A stretch of DNA of 64,000 bases from a virus. The position numbers and the translations under genes were made by a program. The stretch lies in IMG/VR virus record IMGVR_UViG_3300043478_000034; one strand, 5' to 3'. Under the pieces are notes generated by a model. The model was given only the letters and a program-made list of their open reading frames with translations. It did no database searches and was not told the DNA's origin. Positions 52,284 to 59,764 of this stretch are shown piece after piece; positions within the stretch are counted from its first letter, which is position 1, and each line of letters starts with the position of its first letter.

Positions 52284-53263
52284 TACTCGACGGGCATCTG
52301 CTTGGTGATCCACTTCACGTTGGCCAGCAGATCCATGACGTCGTCGTTGAGGTCCGGGTTGGCCTCAAGCTGGTCGTCCATGGTGGCGTTACGTTTGCTG
52401 GACTTGGCCAACTTCGCGGCATCGAAGTCCGTGCCCTTGGCTTGCAGGGACTCGATGGTTTCCTCGACGATACGGAGAGCAATGGCCTCGGCAGTGAGCG
52501 CGACCTTGGCCTTGCCACCCGTAGCCTTGGCCTTAGCCTTGGGAGCCTCGACCTCTTCCTCGACCTCGACCGGCGCTGCCTTCTTGGTGGCCACCTTGGC
52601 CTTGACTGGGGCAACCTCCTCTTCTTCGACTAGGTCGGCAACGGTTGCGCCGCCGCTGGGTTGGCCGTTGACTGACTCGCCACCGGGGCCAGCGAGTATT
52701 TTACTGGGCACCGATAGGAGCTTGGCCTTCTTGTTTTTGTCCAGCTTGCCCGTGTCCACCTGGGTGAACGTGCAGACAATGCCCGACAACTCGTCCAGGT
52801 AATCGACGTTGAAGTCAACGCCCATCTGGATCGCGGCCATTAACATCCCGGCCTCGCTGCCCTTGAGGAAGCCGGTGTCCTCGCCCTTTTGAGTGGCGAG
52901 AGTACGATACCCCACCAGGGCCTTGTCGCTGGGCTGGGCCTTGGTGGCCAGCTTGTCGAGGTCGCCATCCACCACGTTGGCCGGGACGAAGTATTGCAGG
53001 TCCCAGCCAGCGCGGTAGTACTGGGTCTGGGAGTCGGCCCCGGTGATCGGCTTGTGGGTCTTCGGATTCACCGGGGTAGCGGTGACGTAGATGAACGGGG
53101 CGTCGGCGGGTTGCGCCGGGGTGCCGTCGAAGTTCTTGTCACCCGGCTTGGGTTCATAGTGGCGTAATGCGCCACCGATTTGCAGTTTGTAGACCGTGTC
53201 ATCGGCGGTGATTTGATAGCCGCCACCTAGTACCTGATCTTCTACACGTGCTTTCAATGCCAT
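52283..53263 (-). CDS. hypothetical protein, possible ssDNA-binding protein (by position)
   Basis: Track ORF (GTG 53299) trimmed to ATG 53263, preceded by CTAAGGAGAGTAACTCAA. It has a central Glu/Lys/Ala low-complexity tract. It sits next to the nuclease/ATPase pair and downstream of promoter P4. Confidence 0.55.
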   Translation of the reverse strand: MALKARVEDQVLGGGYQITADDTVYKLQIGGALRHYEPKPGDKNFDGTPAQPADAPFIYVTATPVNPKTHKPITGADSQTQYYRAGWDLQYFVPANVVDGDLDKLATKAQPSDKALVGYRTLATQKGEDTGFLKGSEAGMLMAAIQMGVDFNVDYLDELSGIVCTFTQVDTGKLDKNKKAKLLSVPSKILAGPGGESVNGQPSGGATVADLVEEEEVAPVKAKVATKKAAPVEVEEEVEAPKAKAKATGGKAKVALTAEAIALRIVEETIESLQAKGTDFDAAKLAKSSKRNATMDDQLEANPDLNDDVMDLLANVKWITKQMPVE

Positions 53264-53368
53264 TTGAGTTACTCTCCTTAGTTGATTGCCTATTGCCACA
53301 CACAGGGGGGTGGCGTGACCCCTAACCCCTGCGTTGTCATAGAGATGCGAGTTACTGCCACCTCTACT

Positions 53369-53397
53369 ATGATACTAAAAAAGTGGGTTCGTGTCAA
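53369..53397 (-). promoter_or_regulatory. sigma70-like promoter P4 (TTGACA-N17-TATCAT)
   Basis: On the minus strand, TTGACA is at 53397-53392 and TATCAT at 53374-53369. It lies about 105 nt upstream of ATG 53263. Confidence 0.55.
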
Positions 53398-53410
53398 GGG
53401 AAATTTTACG

Positions 53411-53719
53411 TTACGTTTCCCGCCGGTTAGTGACTAACGTGTGGCACTTCGGGCACCGGGTATCCACCAGTACTTGTACATGACAATGGCGTATGATAAC
53501 GGGCGGGGCCGTGGTTGCAACGATCTGCCCAATGCACGACACGCCCTCGGCGATGTGGTCCGGGTTGGTGTGGTACTCATTACATTTAGCATCGAGCCAG
53601 CGTTCGGCATCCTCCCTATGCGAGAAGGTGCTGGACTTGCCTACCACCATGGGTTCCTTGTACCCCATGCGGACGGCCTGTTTACTTATCGCCCTCCAGT
53701 AGGCAATGTAGCTAGACAC
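53411..53719 (-). CDS. hypothetical Cys-containing protein
   Basis: Track ORF 53411..53776 trimmed to in-frame GTG 53719 (ATGGAGG SD 6 nt upstream). It has a C-terminal CPKC motif. A palindrome copy encodes LVTN 4 codons before the stop. Confidence 0.4.
   Translation of the reverse strand: MSSYIAYWRAISKQAVRMGYKEPMVVGKSSTFSHREDAERWLDAKCNEYHTNPDHIAEGVSCIGQIVATTAPPVIIRHCHVQVLVDTRCPKCHTLVTNRRET
53426..53438. repeat. GTTAGTNACTAAC palindrome, copy 35/42 (centre G)
   Basis: In frame (LVTN) near the 3' end of 53411..53719. About 30 nt upstream of the P4 -35 box. Confidence 0.95.
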
Positions 53720-55343
53720 TCGGCACCTCCATGAGTTTGGGCAACCAGTCCACCCCCTTGATAGATCCCCGGTCATACAGGGGGAACCAGTCCACCATCA
53801 AGTCTTGGTTCCTCCTTAGAAATGGCCAGATGAGATCGTCCAGTACGAACACCTCGCACCAATCCTCTGGCCCACGCATACAACGGCTAACCATCTGGGC
53901 AAGTTCCTGTGCCACCAGCCCATCACTGTACCGGCCATCACGTTCCTGCCGTGCCTTCGTCAGTGGATCTCCGTGATACGTGTACGGCACTTTAGGAACA
54001 ATAACCCACCGACTCGTGTCCCCTGGGAAGTCATAACCTGTGCCGATAGCGGGACTACACAGAACGACCCCACGGTTATGGTTGGCGGGAAGTTTGAACC
54101 GATCCACTTCCATTCGGGTTGTAGCGGTTGTAGGCACGACAATACGTGGGCCATGCATTGACTCCTTCTTGATCCAGTTGGCCAACTCATAGCTGGGCGT
54201 GATGATGATACCATTACGACCACCAGCCACGGCGCGAGTACGTATAATCTGGTCAATGGTATTCAACAGCTTGGTCTTCGCATGGTGCGGCATTGACTGC
54301 TTCACTTGGCACGTCTTGATCCACACTGCTGGCCAACGTCGCGGGTCAAACTGCCCACCAGTGCGCCGCCAGTAGACCTTCTCTCCTGGTATACCCAACT
54401 GGGACAGTGACTTGGCGGTGATGGTGGCACTGGTTAACAGTACCTTCCCGGTGGGATAGAGTGCCGACTTGGCATATAACCCCGGCCATATGACGTCCAT
54501 GTACAACGTCTCATCTCCATCCCGGTGATACGTTAACCAATTCTCGGTACCACTGCACTTGGCAATGCGTGCCACCTTATCGCGTAGATCGTGCGTCTCC
54601 TGGTCGGCACGGTCCACGGTATTGCCAGCATTACCCACCCCCTCCTCATCGCAGTACTCGGCGGCGTACCACTGTAACCACTTGCCAGCGATGTCACGCC
54701 AGTTGGTCAATGCCTTGGGGGTAGGGGCGTCGATGTCGTTGAGGATACGTGCCTGTTCACGGGCATCTAGTTCAACGGCCATCGCCCTGGTTATCTCGTC
54801 GGGTACCAAGTGGCCCTCGTCCAGTACGCTGAGGTCGAAGTTGCCCACACCCACGGCATTAGGGTACAGGGACATGGACAAGCGGCAGGCGTAGTTAGTG
54901 ACTACCGTGTGGGCCATGCCGCAGATACGCTTACGGGTCGCATAGGTACAGTTGTCCTCGATGGTACAGCCATGGTCGGGGCCATCCTTGCAGGTGAGGT
55001 AGGGTTTGCGCGACCCCTTGTATTGGCAGGGATAGTTGGCACGGCCTTTGAGGTCCTCACTGAATGACGCATCACGACCTACCTGATCCTGTAGGCCACG
55101 GGACGAGGTGGTGATGATGGTGCGGCGGATGCTACCGGAGCGGCGCATTAACTGTGATAGCCCCAGGTATACGCCGCTCTTGCCGAACCCGGCTTGATCT
55201 GGCAGTACCGCAGTATCATAGCCCCCACCCCCATCCTCCACAGGGGTGAGGGCTTCGATGAGTTCGATTATCGCAGATGGCTGTTGGGCACGCCAGGAGG
55301 TGAACTGGGGTAGATCCAGCCGTGCTGGTGCAATGAGTGGCAT
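53712..55343 (-). CDS. XPD/DinG/Rad3-family Fe-S helicase
   Basis: 543 aa. Walker A AGFGKSGV. DEGH box LSVLDEGH. Four-Cys cluster CQYKG..C..DHGC..DNC between motifs I and II. Confidence 0.7.
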   Translation of the reverse strand: MPLIAPARLDLPQFTSWRAQQPSAIIELIEALTPVEDGGGGYDTAVLPDQAGFGKSGVYLGLSQLMRRSGSIRRTIITTSSRGLQDQVGRDASFSEDLKGRANYPCQYKGSRKPYLTCKDGPDHGCTIEDNCTYATRKRICGMAHTVVTNYACRLSMSLYPNAVGVGNFDLSVLDEGHLVPDEITRAMAVELDAREQARILNDIDAPTPKALTNWRDIAGKWLQWYAAEYCDEEGVGNAGNTVDRADQETHDLRDKVARIAKCSGTENWLTYHRDGDETLYMDVIWPGLYAKSALYPTGKVLLTSATITAKSLSQLGIPGEKVYWRRTGGQFDPRRWPAVWIKTCQVKQSMPHHAKTKLLNTIDQIIRTRAVAGGRNGIIITPSYELANWIKKESMHGPRIVVPTTATTRMEVDRFKLPANHNRGVVLCSPAIGTGYDFPGDTSRWVIVPKVPYTYHGDPLTKARQERDGRYSDGLVAQELAQMVSRCMRGPEDWCEVFVLDDLIWPFLRRNQDLMVDWFPLYDRGSIKGVDWLPKLMEVPSV

Positions 55344-55344
55344 A

Positions 55345-55357
55345 GTTAGTCACTAAC
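55345..55357. repeat. GTTAGTNACTAAC palindrome, copy 36/42 (centre C)
   Basis: Contains the TAA stop of 55346..56074. 1 nt before ATG 55343. Confidence 0.95.
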
Positions 55358-56074
55358 CCCCGGCTGGTCCAGGTCCAGCACGATGTCCAGTACCCGGCAC
55401 GCCTCGTACCCAAGTAGGGCGCGTATTGCCGGGTAGTGGATGTTGTGGTAGATGCGCTTGGCCAGTTGGATCTCGCCAAACTTGAGGCCAGGGTTGGGTG
55501 CGTGGTACCGCCCACACTTGACGCAGTGGTTGTTGCTGTCGAACGGGCCGGGGTGGTCGCAGTCACAGGTACCCGCCCTCACCATGTTGTCCTGCTTATC
55601 CCACCCCTCGATGCGTACACTGGTAGCCGTTGGTGCAGTGCGGCGACCCTGCTGTTCCAGCCGGTGGTCAAGGGTGGCATTGCATTCCCTGAGTTGCTCG
55701 ATAGCCTTGTCCTTGGCCTGTGTGGCCATGTTCAGTTCCACAATCTTGCCGTTCAGCGTGTCGATCACGCCCATGTTGTACTTGATGACCCCATCCCTGG
55801 CCTTGATCGTCTCGTTGCTGGACCGGATGGTGTCGTGACAGGACTTGATCTCCGCTAGCTTCTCCTGGACAATGTCATCTAGCCCAGCGATGGTGGTGTC
55901 CTTTTCATGCAGGAGGTTTTGGAATGCCTGCCGCGTAATACCCTGTTGATCCTCCAGTTCGTGGTTGGCCTTGGTTAGTGACTGGTTCTCCTCGCCGAGT
56001 TTGCGATTCTCCAGTAACAGTTCAGCGTAGCCCTCCTCCAATGAGGCGACATGCTGCGATATTGTCTTTGACAT
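55346..56074 (-). CDS. coiled-coil protein with C-terminal Cys/His cluster
   Basis: Track ORF trimmed to ATG 56074 (GAAGGAGAACGAACCAATC). It has a long heptad-like region. Cys/His cluster: CDCDHPGPFDSNNHCVKCGRYH. Confidence 0.55.
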   Translation of the reverse strand: MSKTISQHVASLEEGYAELLLENRKLGEENQSLTKANHELEDQQGITRQAFQNLLHEKDTTIAGLDDIVQEKLAEIKSCHDTIRSSNETIKARDGVIKYNMGVIDTLNGKIVELNMATQAKDKAIEQLRECNATLDHRLEQQGRRTAPTATSVRIEGWDKQDNMVRAGTCDCDHPGPFDSNNHCVKCGRYHAPNPGLKFGEIQLAKRIYHNIHYPAIRALLGYEACRVLDIVLDLDQPGVSD

Positions 56075-56091
56075 GATTGGTTCGTTCTCCT

Positions 56092-57366
56092 TCATAGTAT
56101 TCTCAGTTCTCTGCATAGTCCTGCGATATCATCGGCGAGTACCCATTCGACCCGCTTGTTGCGTATGCCATTGACCCGTTCAATAATACCCAGGTGCTCG
56201 ATGTCTTCCATATTCCTACGTATGGTTGGGGGGCTGGTCATGCGATACCCATCTACCTTGGCACGGGCTAATACGCCAGCGTCAATATCCTCATTGGTGA
56301 ACCTATTCTTGTGATACGGTGCCCCCTTGGCACGCATGGCGGCGATGATGCACTGCATGACATTGCCCCGTATGGCGGGGAGACTGCCCCATAGCATGGA
56401 CGACAACACTCTATGTGCATCCTGGTCCTCGACACCGGCGACCCGCATACCCAGGAACAGGGACTTAAATTCCCCCGCCACTCTCATTGGGCCTTCGGGT
56501 GCGGGGATGAACTCGATGATGTCGCTTTTGTACTTGTCACGTTTCACCACACTCCTTGCCCTGCATATGAGTTGCGATGCAAAGTTCGTCCACTGGTTCT
56601 CGTAGACCTCCAGTTCGAACGGCACATTGCCCTTGTCGATAATGTCCAGGGTTTGATTGAGATGATCACTCACTGCCTTGGCAATGTCTATGTCCATCTC
56701 CCGCTTGGACTTAACGGCGAGGGCTTTGAGGTTTTCGCTGTGGCCCAGCGTTGTTGCGTACCGCCACATAATAAACCGCTGGCCCATCTCCCCTATGACA
56801 CCGTGGTGCGACTCGATGATGCCGGTGCATTTGGTTATACAGCCTACCTTCCCATGCCACTTGAGGATCTTGGCACCATCTGTGCCCACGGCGCGAACGA
56901 ACTTCCCATCGTAGATCATGCGGAGGCAGGCAATGACTTCGGCTTGCTGTTCGTTGCGGAGGTTGAGGATGTTGGTGAAGTCAGACATAACCAGTATGCC
57001 TTGCCCACCGTTGCCGATCTCACGCAATACCCCACCTGTGGCATCGCGTGCCTTGTCACGCTTGGGTGAGGCCGAGAGAAATGCCGCCGCACCTTTGACA
57101 CTATCAATGGGGTGGGTGTTGCGTACTGGTTCCACGAGGATCTCGTCATCGACGCCAGTGTAGCCCAGTAGGGATGTGACCAGTGTAGATCCACCGGCAG
57201 AGGGACCGCCTATTAACATTGTCCACACTGGGGTACCGGGCAAGTGGTTGCCTGCGACGGTGCCGAGTACGACATAGAGTACCTGGGGGTCAGGCAGGTG
57301 TAGATACTGTCTCAATACCTTGGTGATATGAGACAGGGATTCATGAGGACGGAAGCGTAATGCCAT
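56092..57366 (-). CDS. replication-module protein with a degenerate P-loop (possible helicase/primase-associated NTPase)
   Basis: 424 aa. The P-loop-like LIGGPSAGGSTLV lacks the Lys. Walker-B-like GILVMSDF. Start context: palindrome, CAGGAGGAACCAATCAC, ATG. Confidence 0.55.
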   Translation of the reverse strand: MALRFRPHESLSHITKVLRQYLHLPDPQVLYVVLGTVAGNHLPGTPVWTMLIGGPSAGGSTLVTSLLGYTGVDDEILVEPVRNTHPIDSVKGAAAFLSASPKRDKARDATGGVLREIGNGGQGILVMSDFTNILNLRNEQQAEVIACLRMIYDGKFVRAVGTDGAKILKWHGKVGCITKCTGIIESHHGVIGEMGQRFIMWRYATTLGHSENLKALAVKSKREMDIDIAKAVSDHLNQTLDIIDKGNVPFELEVYENQWTNFASQLICRARSVVKRDKYKSDIIEFIPAPEGPMRVAGEFKSLFLGMRVAGVEDQDAHRVLSSMLWGSLPAIRGNVMQCIIAAMRAKGAPYHKNRFTNEDIDAGVLARAKVDGYRMTSPPTIRRNMEDIEHLGIIERVNGIRNKRVEWVLADDIAGLCRELRIL

Positions 57367-57383
57367 GTGATTGGTTCCTCCTG

Positions 57384-57396
57384 GTTAGTGACTAAC
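57384..57396. repeat. GTTAGTNACTAAC palindrome, copy 37/42 (centre G)
   Basis: 17 nt before ATG 57366. Confidence 0.95.
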
Positions 57397-57398
57397 AA

Positions 57399-57481
57399 CC
57401 GGGGCAGGGTACTGCACTGTCCGTCTGTGCCATACCCTACCCCGGTGTCCAACCCGCCGCGCTGTCTAGGCCACGGCGGGT
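57399..57481 (-). other. two consecutive hairpins downstream of the ParB-like gene
   Basis: ACCCGCCG pairs with CGGCGGGT (57452-57481). CCGGGGCAGGGTA pairs with TACCCTACCCCGG (57399-57445, one mismatch). No clear U-run. Confidence 0.3.
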
Positions 57482-57499
57482 AAGCTGGTTGACTGCCGC

Positions 57500-58735
57500 C
57501 TATTCCACGTCATCAGCAGGCAGGCAGTGCTTCTCGAACTGCTTGACCACTTCGGGCATGACCAGCGACCCGTCCATGAACTTGGACATTGCGGCCCCAA
57601 GTTTGGCAATGTGAGGATTCTCGTCGTTGATCAACTCCTCACACAGGTCGTCCAGGTGCTTGAGCTTGAGCGTCATGGACTTGGCATCGGCGCTGATACC
57701 CGCACCCTTACCCGCCGCCTCAGCCACCGCTGCCGCCGCCTTGCTGGAGAGTTTGCCTTCCTTCTCCAGCTTGATCGCTGCCTTCTTGAGATCACCCTTG
57801 GATACGGCAATGACCTCCTCGACTTCCTCGACTTCGGCACCACCCTCACCGTTCTCGCTGGCCTTGGCCGCGCGTTTCTTTGCCAGCTTGCGCTTACGTT
57901 CCAGGTTGTCCAAGCGTATCTGATCAGGCGTCCTGGTGTCTGGCGCATTCGGGTCGCGCTTGTTGTCGATCTTCTTCTTGGCATTGGCGTCGAAGGCTTC
58001 CTCGAATACCAGCTTGATCTGGTCCTCGGTGAGGAATCCGCTGGCCGCGAGACCACCCATGTCACGGGCGGCATCGGCACCGACTTCTTTGTTGTGGACT
58101 TTCTTCAGGATGTCCTTGTCGAGGAGACCCATGCGGAGGGTGCGGTAGATGGTGGCCTTGCTGGTCTCGGTGTATCGAGCCAGCTTCTCCACGTCCTTGC
58201 CACAGGCACCCACTCCCTTCTCGCCAGCCTTGGGTACCTTCACATCCCAGTCCAGGTCGTCGGCCAGGGCGAGGAATGCATTGAGCATCTCGGGTGCGGT
58301 GAGGCTACGGTTGGCGAGGTTGGCGAGGATCGCACCCTGGACAGTGGTGATGCGGTCCTTGCCCTTGCCGGGGTTCCACAGGATGACGGGTACAGTTTTG
58401 AAGCCCAGTGATTTCGCGCAGCGGAAGCGGCGGCGACCGTCTACGATTGCAAACTTACCTTCCGCGAAATGTTCCCCATCTTCCTCGGTTGTCGGCCTGA
58501 TGGTCAGTGCCTGCAACACTTGGCCAGCCTGTTCGATGGCGTGGCGCAGCATCTCTAGTTTGTTATCGCCTTCCATGCGGCCAGGGTTGTCAAGCAATAC
58601 CAAGTCCTTGACGGGGATCTGCTGTGCTGATTGAATCACCAGCGGCGTTGCGGTGACATCGACACGGGTTCCCTTCGCCACAACGGCGGCGGGGGTGACG
58701 TTCTTCTTAACGGTTGCGGTCTGTTCGGTTGCCAT
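57500..58735 (-). CDS. ParB-like nuclease-domain protein
   Basis: 411 aa. N-terminal ParB/Srx fold segments VKDLVLLDNPGRM and FAIVDGRRRFRCAKSLGFKTVPVILW. Central HTH-like ARYTETSKATIYRTLRMG. Lys/Glu-rich tail. Confidence 0.7.
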   Translation of the reverse strand: MATEQTATVKKNVTPAAVVAKGTRVDVTATPLVIQSAQQIPVKDLVLLDNPGRMEGDNKLEMLRHAIEQAGQVLQALTIRPTTEEDGEHFAEGKFAIVDGRRRFRCAKSLGFKTVPVILWNPGKGKDRITTVQGAILANLANRSLTAPEMLNAFLALADDLDWDVKVPKAGEKGVGACGKDVEKLARYTETSKATIYRTLRMGLLDKDILKKVHNKEVGADAARDMGGLAASGFLTEDQIKLVFEEAFDANAKKKIDNKRDPNAPDTRTPDQIRLDNLERKRKLAKKRAAKASENGEGGAEVEEVEEVIAVSKGDLKKAAIKLEKEGKLSSKAAAAVAEAAGKGAGISADAKSMTLKLKHLDDLCEELINDENPHIAKLGAAMSKFMDGSLVMPEVVKQFEKHCLPADDVE

Positions 58736-58764
58736 ACGATATACAATCTCCTTGATTGGTATTG

Positions 58765-58777
58765 GTTAGTGACTAAC
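58765..58777. repeat. GTTAGTNACTAAC palindrome, copy 38/42 (centre G)
   Basis: Contains the TAA stop of the HTH gene. 29 nt before the ParB-like ATG at 58735. Confidence 0.95.
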
Positions 58778-58996
58778 TTTACGCCGACGACGCTTACTTC
58801 GACCGGCGCGTTTCCTTAGCTGAGTCGTTGCCGCCTTGTCTATGACGGCGAGTAGTTCATCCATGGATAGACCCATGGCTGCGGATAGGCGACCCAGTAC
58901 ATTGACACTAGGTCTACTACCCTCGTTCAATATGCGGTAGAGGTGACGTGTTGAGATGCCCACCTCAGCGGCGAGGGTTTCAAATTGATGCGCCAC
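58766..58996 (-). CDS. HTH (XRE-like) regulator, possibly translated from a leaderless mRNA
   Basis: HTH segment: ETLAAEVGISTRHLYRILNEGSRPSVNVLGRLSAAMGLSMDELL. The track start, TTG 59032, is part of a TTGACA -35 box. In-frame GTG 58996 lies 7 nt after the TATCAT -10 box. The start is uncertain. Confidence 0.5.
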   Translation of the reverse strand: MAHQFETLAAEVGISTRHLYRILNEGSRPSVNVLGRLSAAMGLSMDELLAVIDKAATTQLRKRAGRSKRRRRKVSH

Positions 58997-59003
58997 AACT
59001 TGA

Positions 59004-59032
59004 ATGATACTACGATTGACGCCGCATGTCAA
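59004..59032 (-). promoter_or_regulatory. sigma70-like promoter P3 (TTGACA-N17-TATCAT)
   Basis: On the minus strand, TTGACA is at 59032-59027 and TATCAT at 59009-59004. It carries TTGAC-N7-GTCAA, like P1. It sits immediately upstream of the HTH gene. Confidence 0.5.
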
Positions 59033-59055
59033 CTGTAATGTGAGAATAAATTTCC

Positions 59056-59232
59056 CTATGCAAGTTCTTCAATGAGTACCGCTTCGCAGGGTTCGCCGTC
59101 GGTGGCGCACAGATCGACGCACATTTCGCATACGTGCTGGTCGCAGTTGTCGCAGTGGTGGGTGGCTTGGTTGTCACAGCGGTCGAGTTCCGCGTTGGCG
59201 TCGAGCAGGCGGTAACGTTTCTCGCATCTCAT
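59056..59232 (-). CDS. 58-aa Cys-rich (zinc-ribbon-like) protein
   Basis: Hand-translated: MRCEKRYRLLDANAELDRCDNQATHHCDNCDQHVCEMCVDLCATDGEPCEAVLIEELA. The ATG follows CAAGGAGAACCAATC. ATGA overlap with the upstream gene. Confidence 0.45.
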   Translation of the reverse strand: MRCEKRYRLLDANAELDRCDNQATHHCDNCDQHVCEMCVDLCATDGEPCEAVLIEELA

Positions 59233-59612
59233 GATTGGTTCTCCTTGTTGGACAGGCGGTACTCAGCACCAGTGTTGCCGCGCTTGATCACGGGTACCCC
59301 ATCAGGGTCATATCGTACCACAGTGAACAGTTCATCCTGGGTGGGGGCACCGGCGTTAGTGACTAACACTTCGCCGGTTGGGACGACGGGTGCGGTGGCC
59401 ATGTCGATCACCTCCATCCACTCGGCATCCCTGGGTACCAGTATCCCGCCTCTGCCCACGGTGCCAATGAGGATGGCATTAGATCCAAACCCCATCGGCC
59501 CCTTGATCTCATCCTTGACCTCACTCCACGGGTCGCGATGTGATCCAAACTTGATGCGGTAGGCGACCCGGCCCCCACTTCTTTTAATCGCGCGTGCGCG
59601 TTGCCATGTCAT
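59229..59612 (-). CDS. hypothetical protein
   Basis: Track ORF 59229..59621 trimmed to ATG 59612, 10 nt after TAAGGAGA. One in-frame palindrome copy. Confidence 0.5.
   Translation of the reverse strand: MTWQRARAIKRSGGRVAYRIKFGSHRDPWSEVKDEIKGPMGFGSNAILIGTVGRGGILVPRDAEWMEVIDMATAPVVPTGEVLVTNAGAPTQDELFTVVRYDPDGVPVIKRGNTGAEYRLSNKENQS
59355..59367. repeat. GTTAGTNACTAAC palindrome, copy 39/42 (centre G)
   Basis: In frame (LVTN) in 59229..59612. Confidence 0.95.
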
Positions 59613-59626
59613 TAGCTCCATTCTCC

Positions 59627-59764
59627 TTACTTCTGTAGCAGTACCATAATCGCCATGCTCACCGCTATCACCACCGCACTGAATGCGAAGAAGGCTACGA
59701 TGAGCATCAGTGCAATGCGGAACCAGAGCCAGATGATCTCCAGCATCTCCAGCAGTGGTGTCAT
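59627..59764 (-). CDS. 45-aa membrane micro-ORF
   Basis: Hand-translated: MTPLLEMLEIIWLWFRIALMLIVAFFAFSAVVIAVSMAIMVLLQK. ATGA overlap with the helicase stop. Confidence 0.3.
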   Translation of the reverse strand: MTPLLEMLEIIWLWFRIALMLIVAFFAFSAVVIAVSMAIMVLLQK

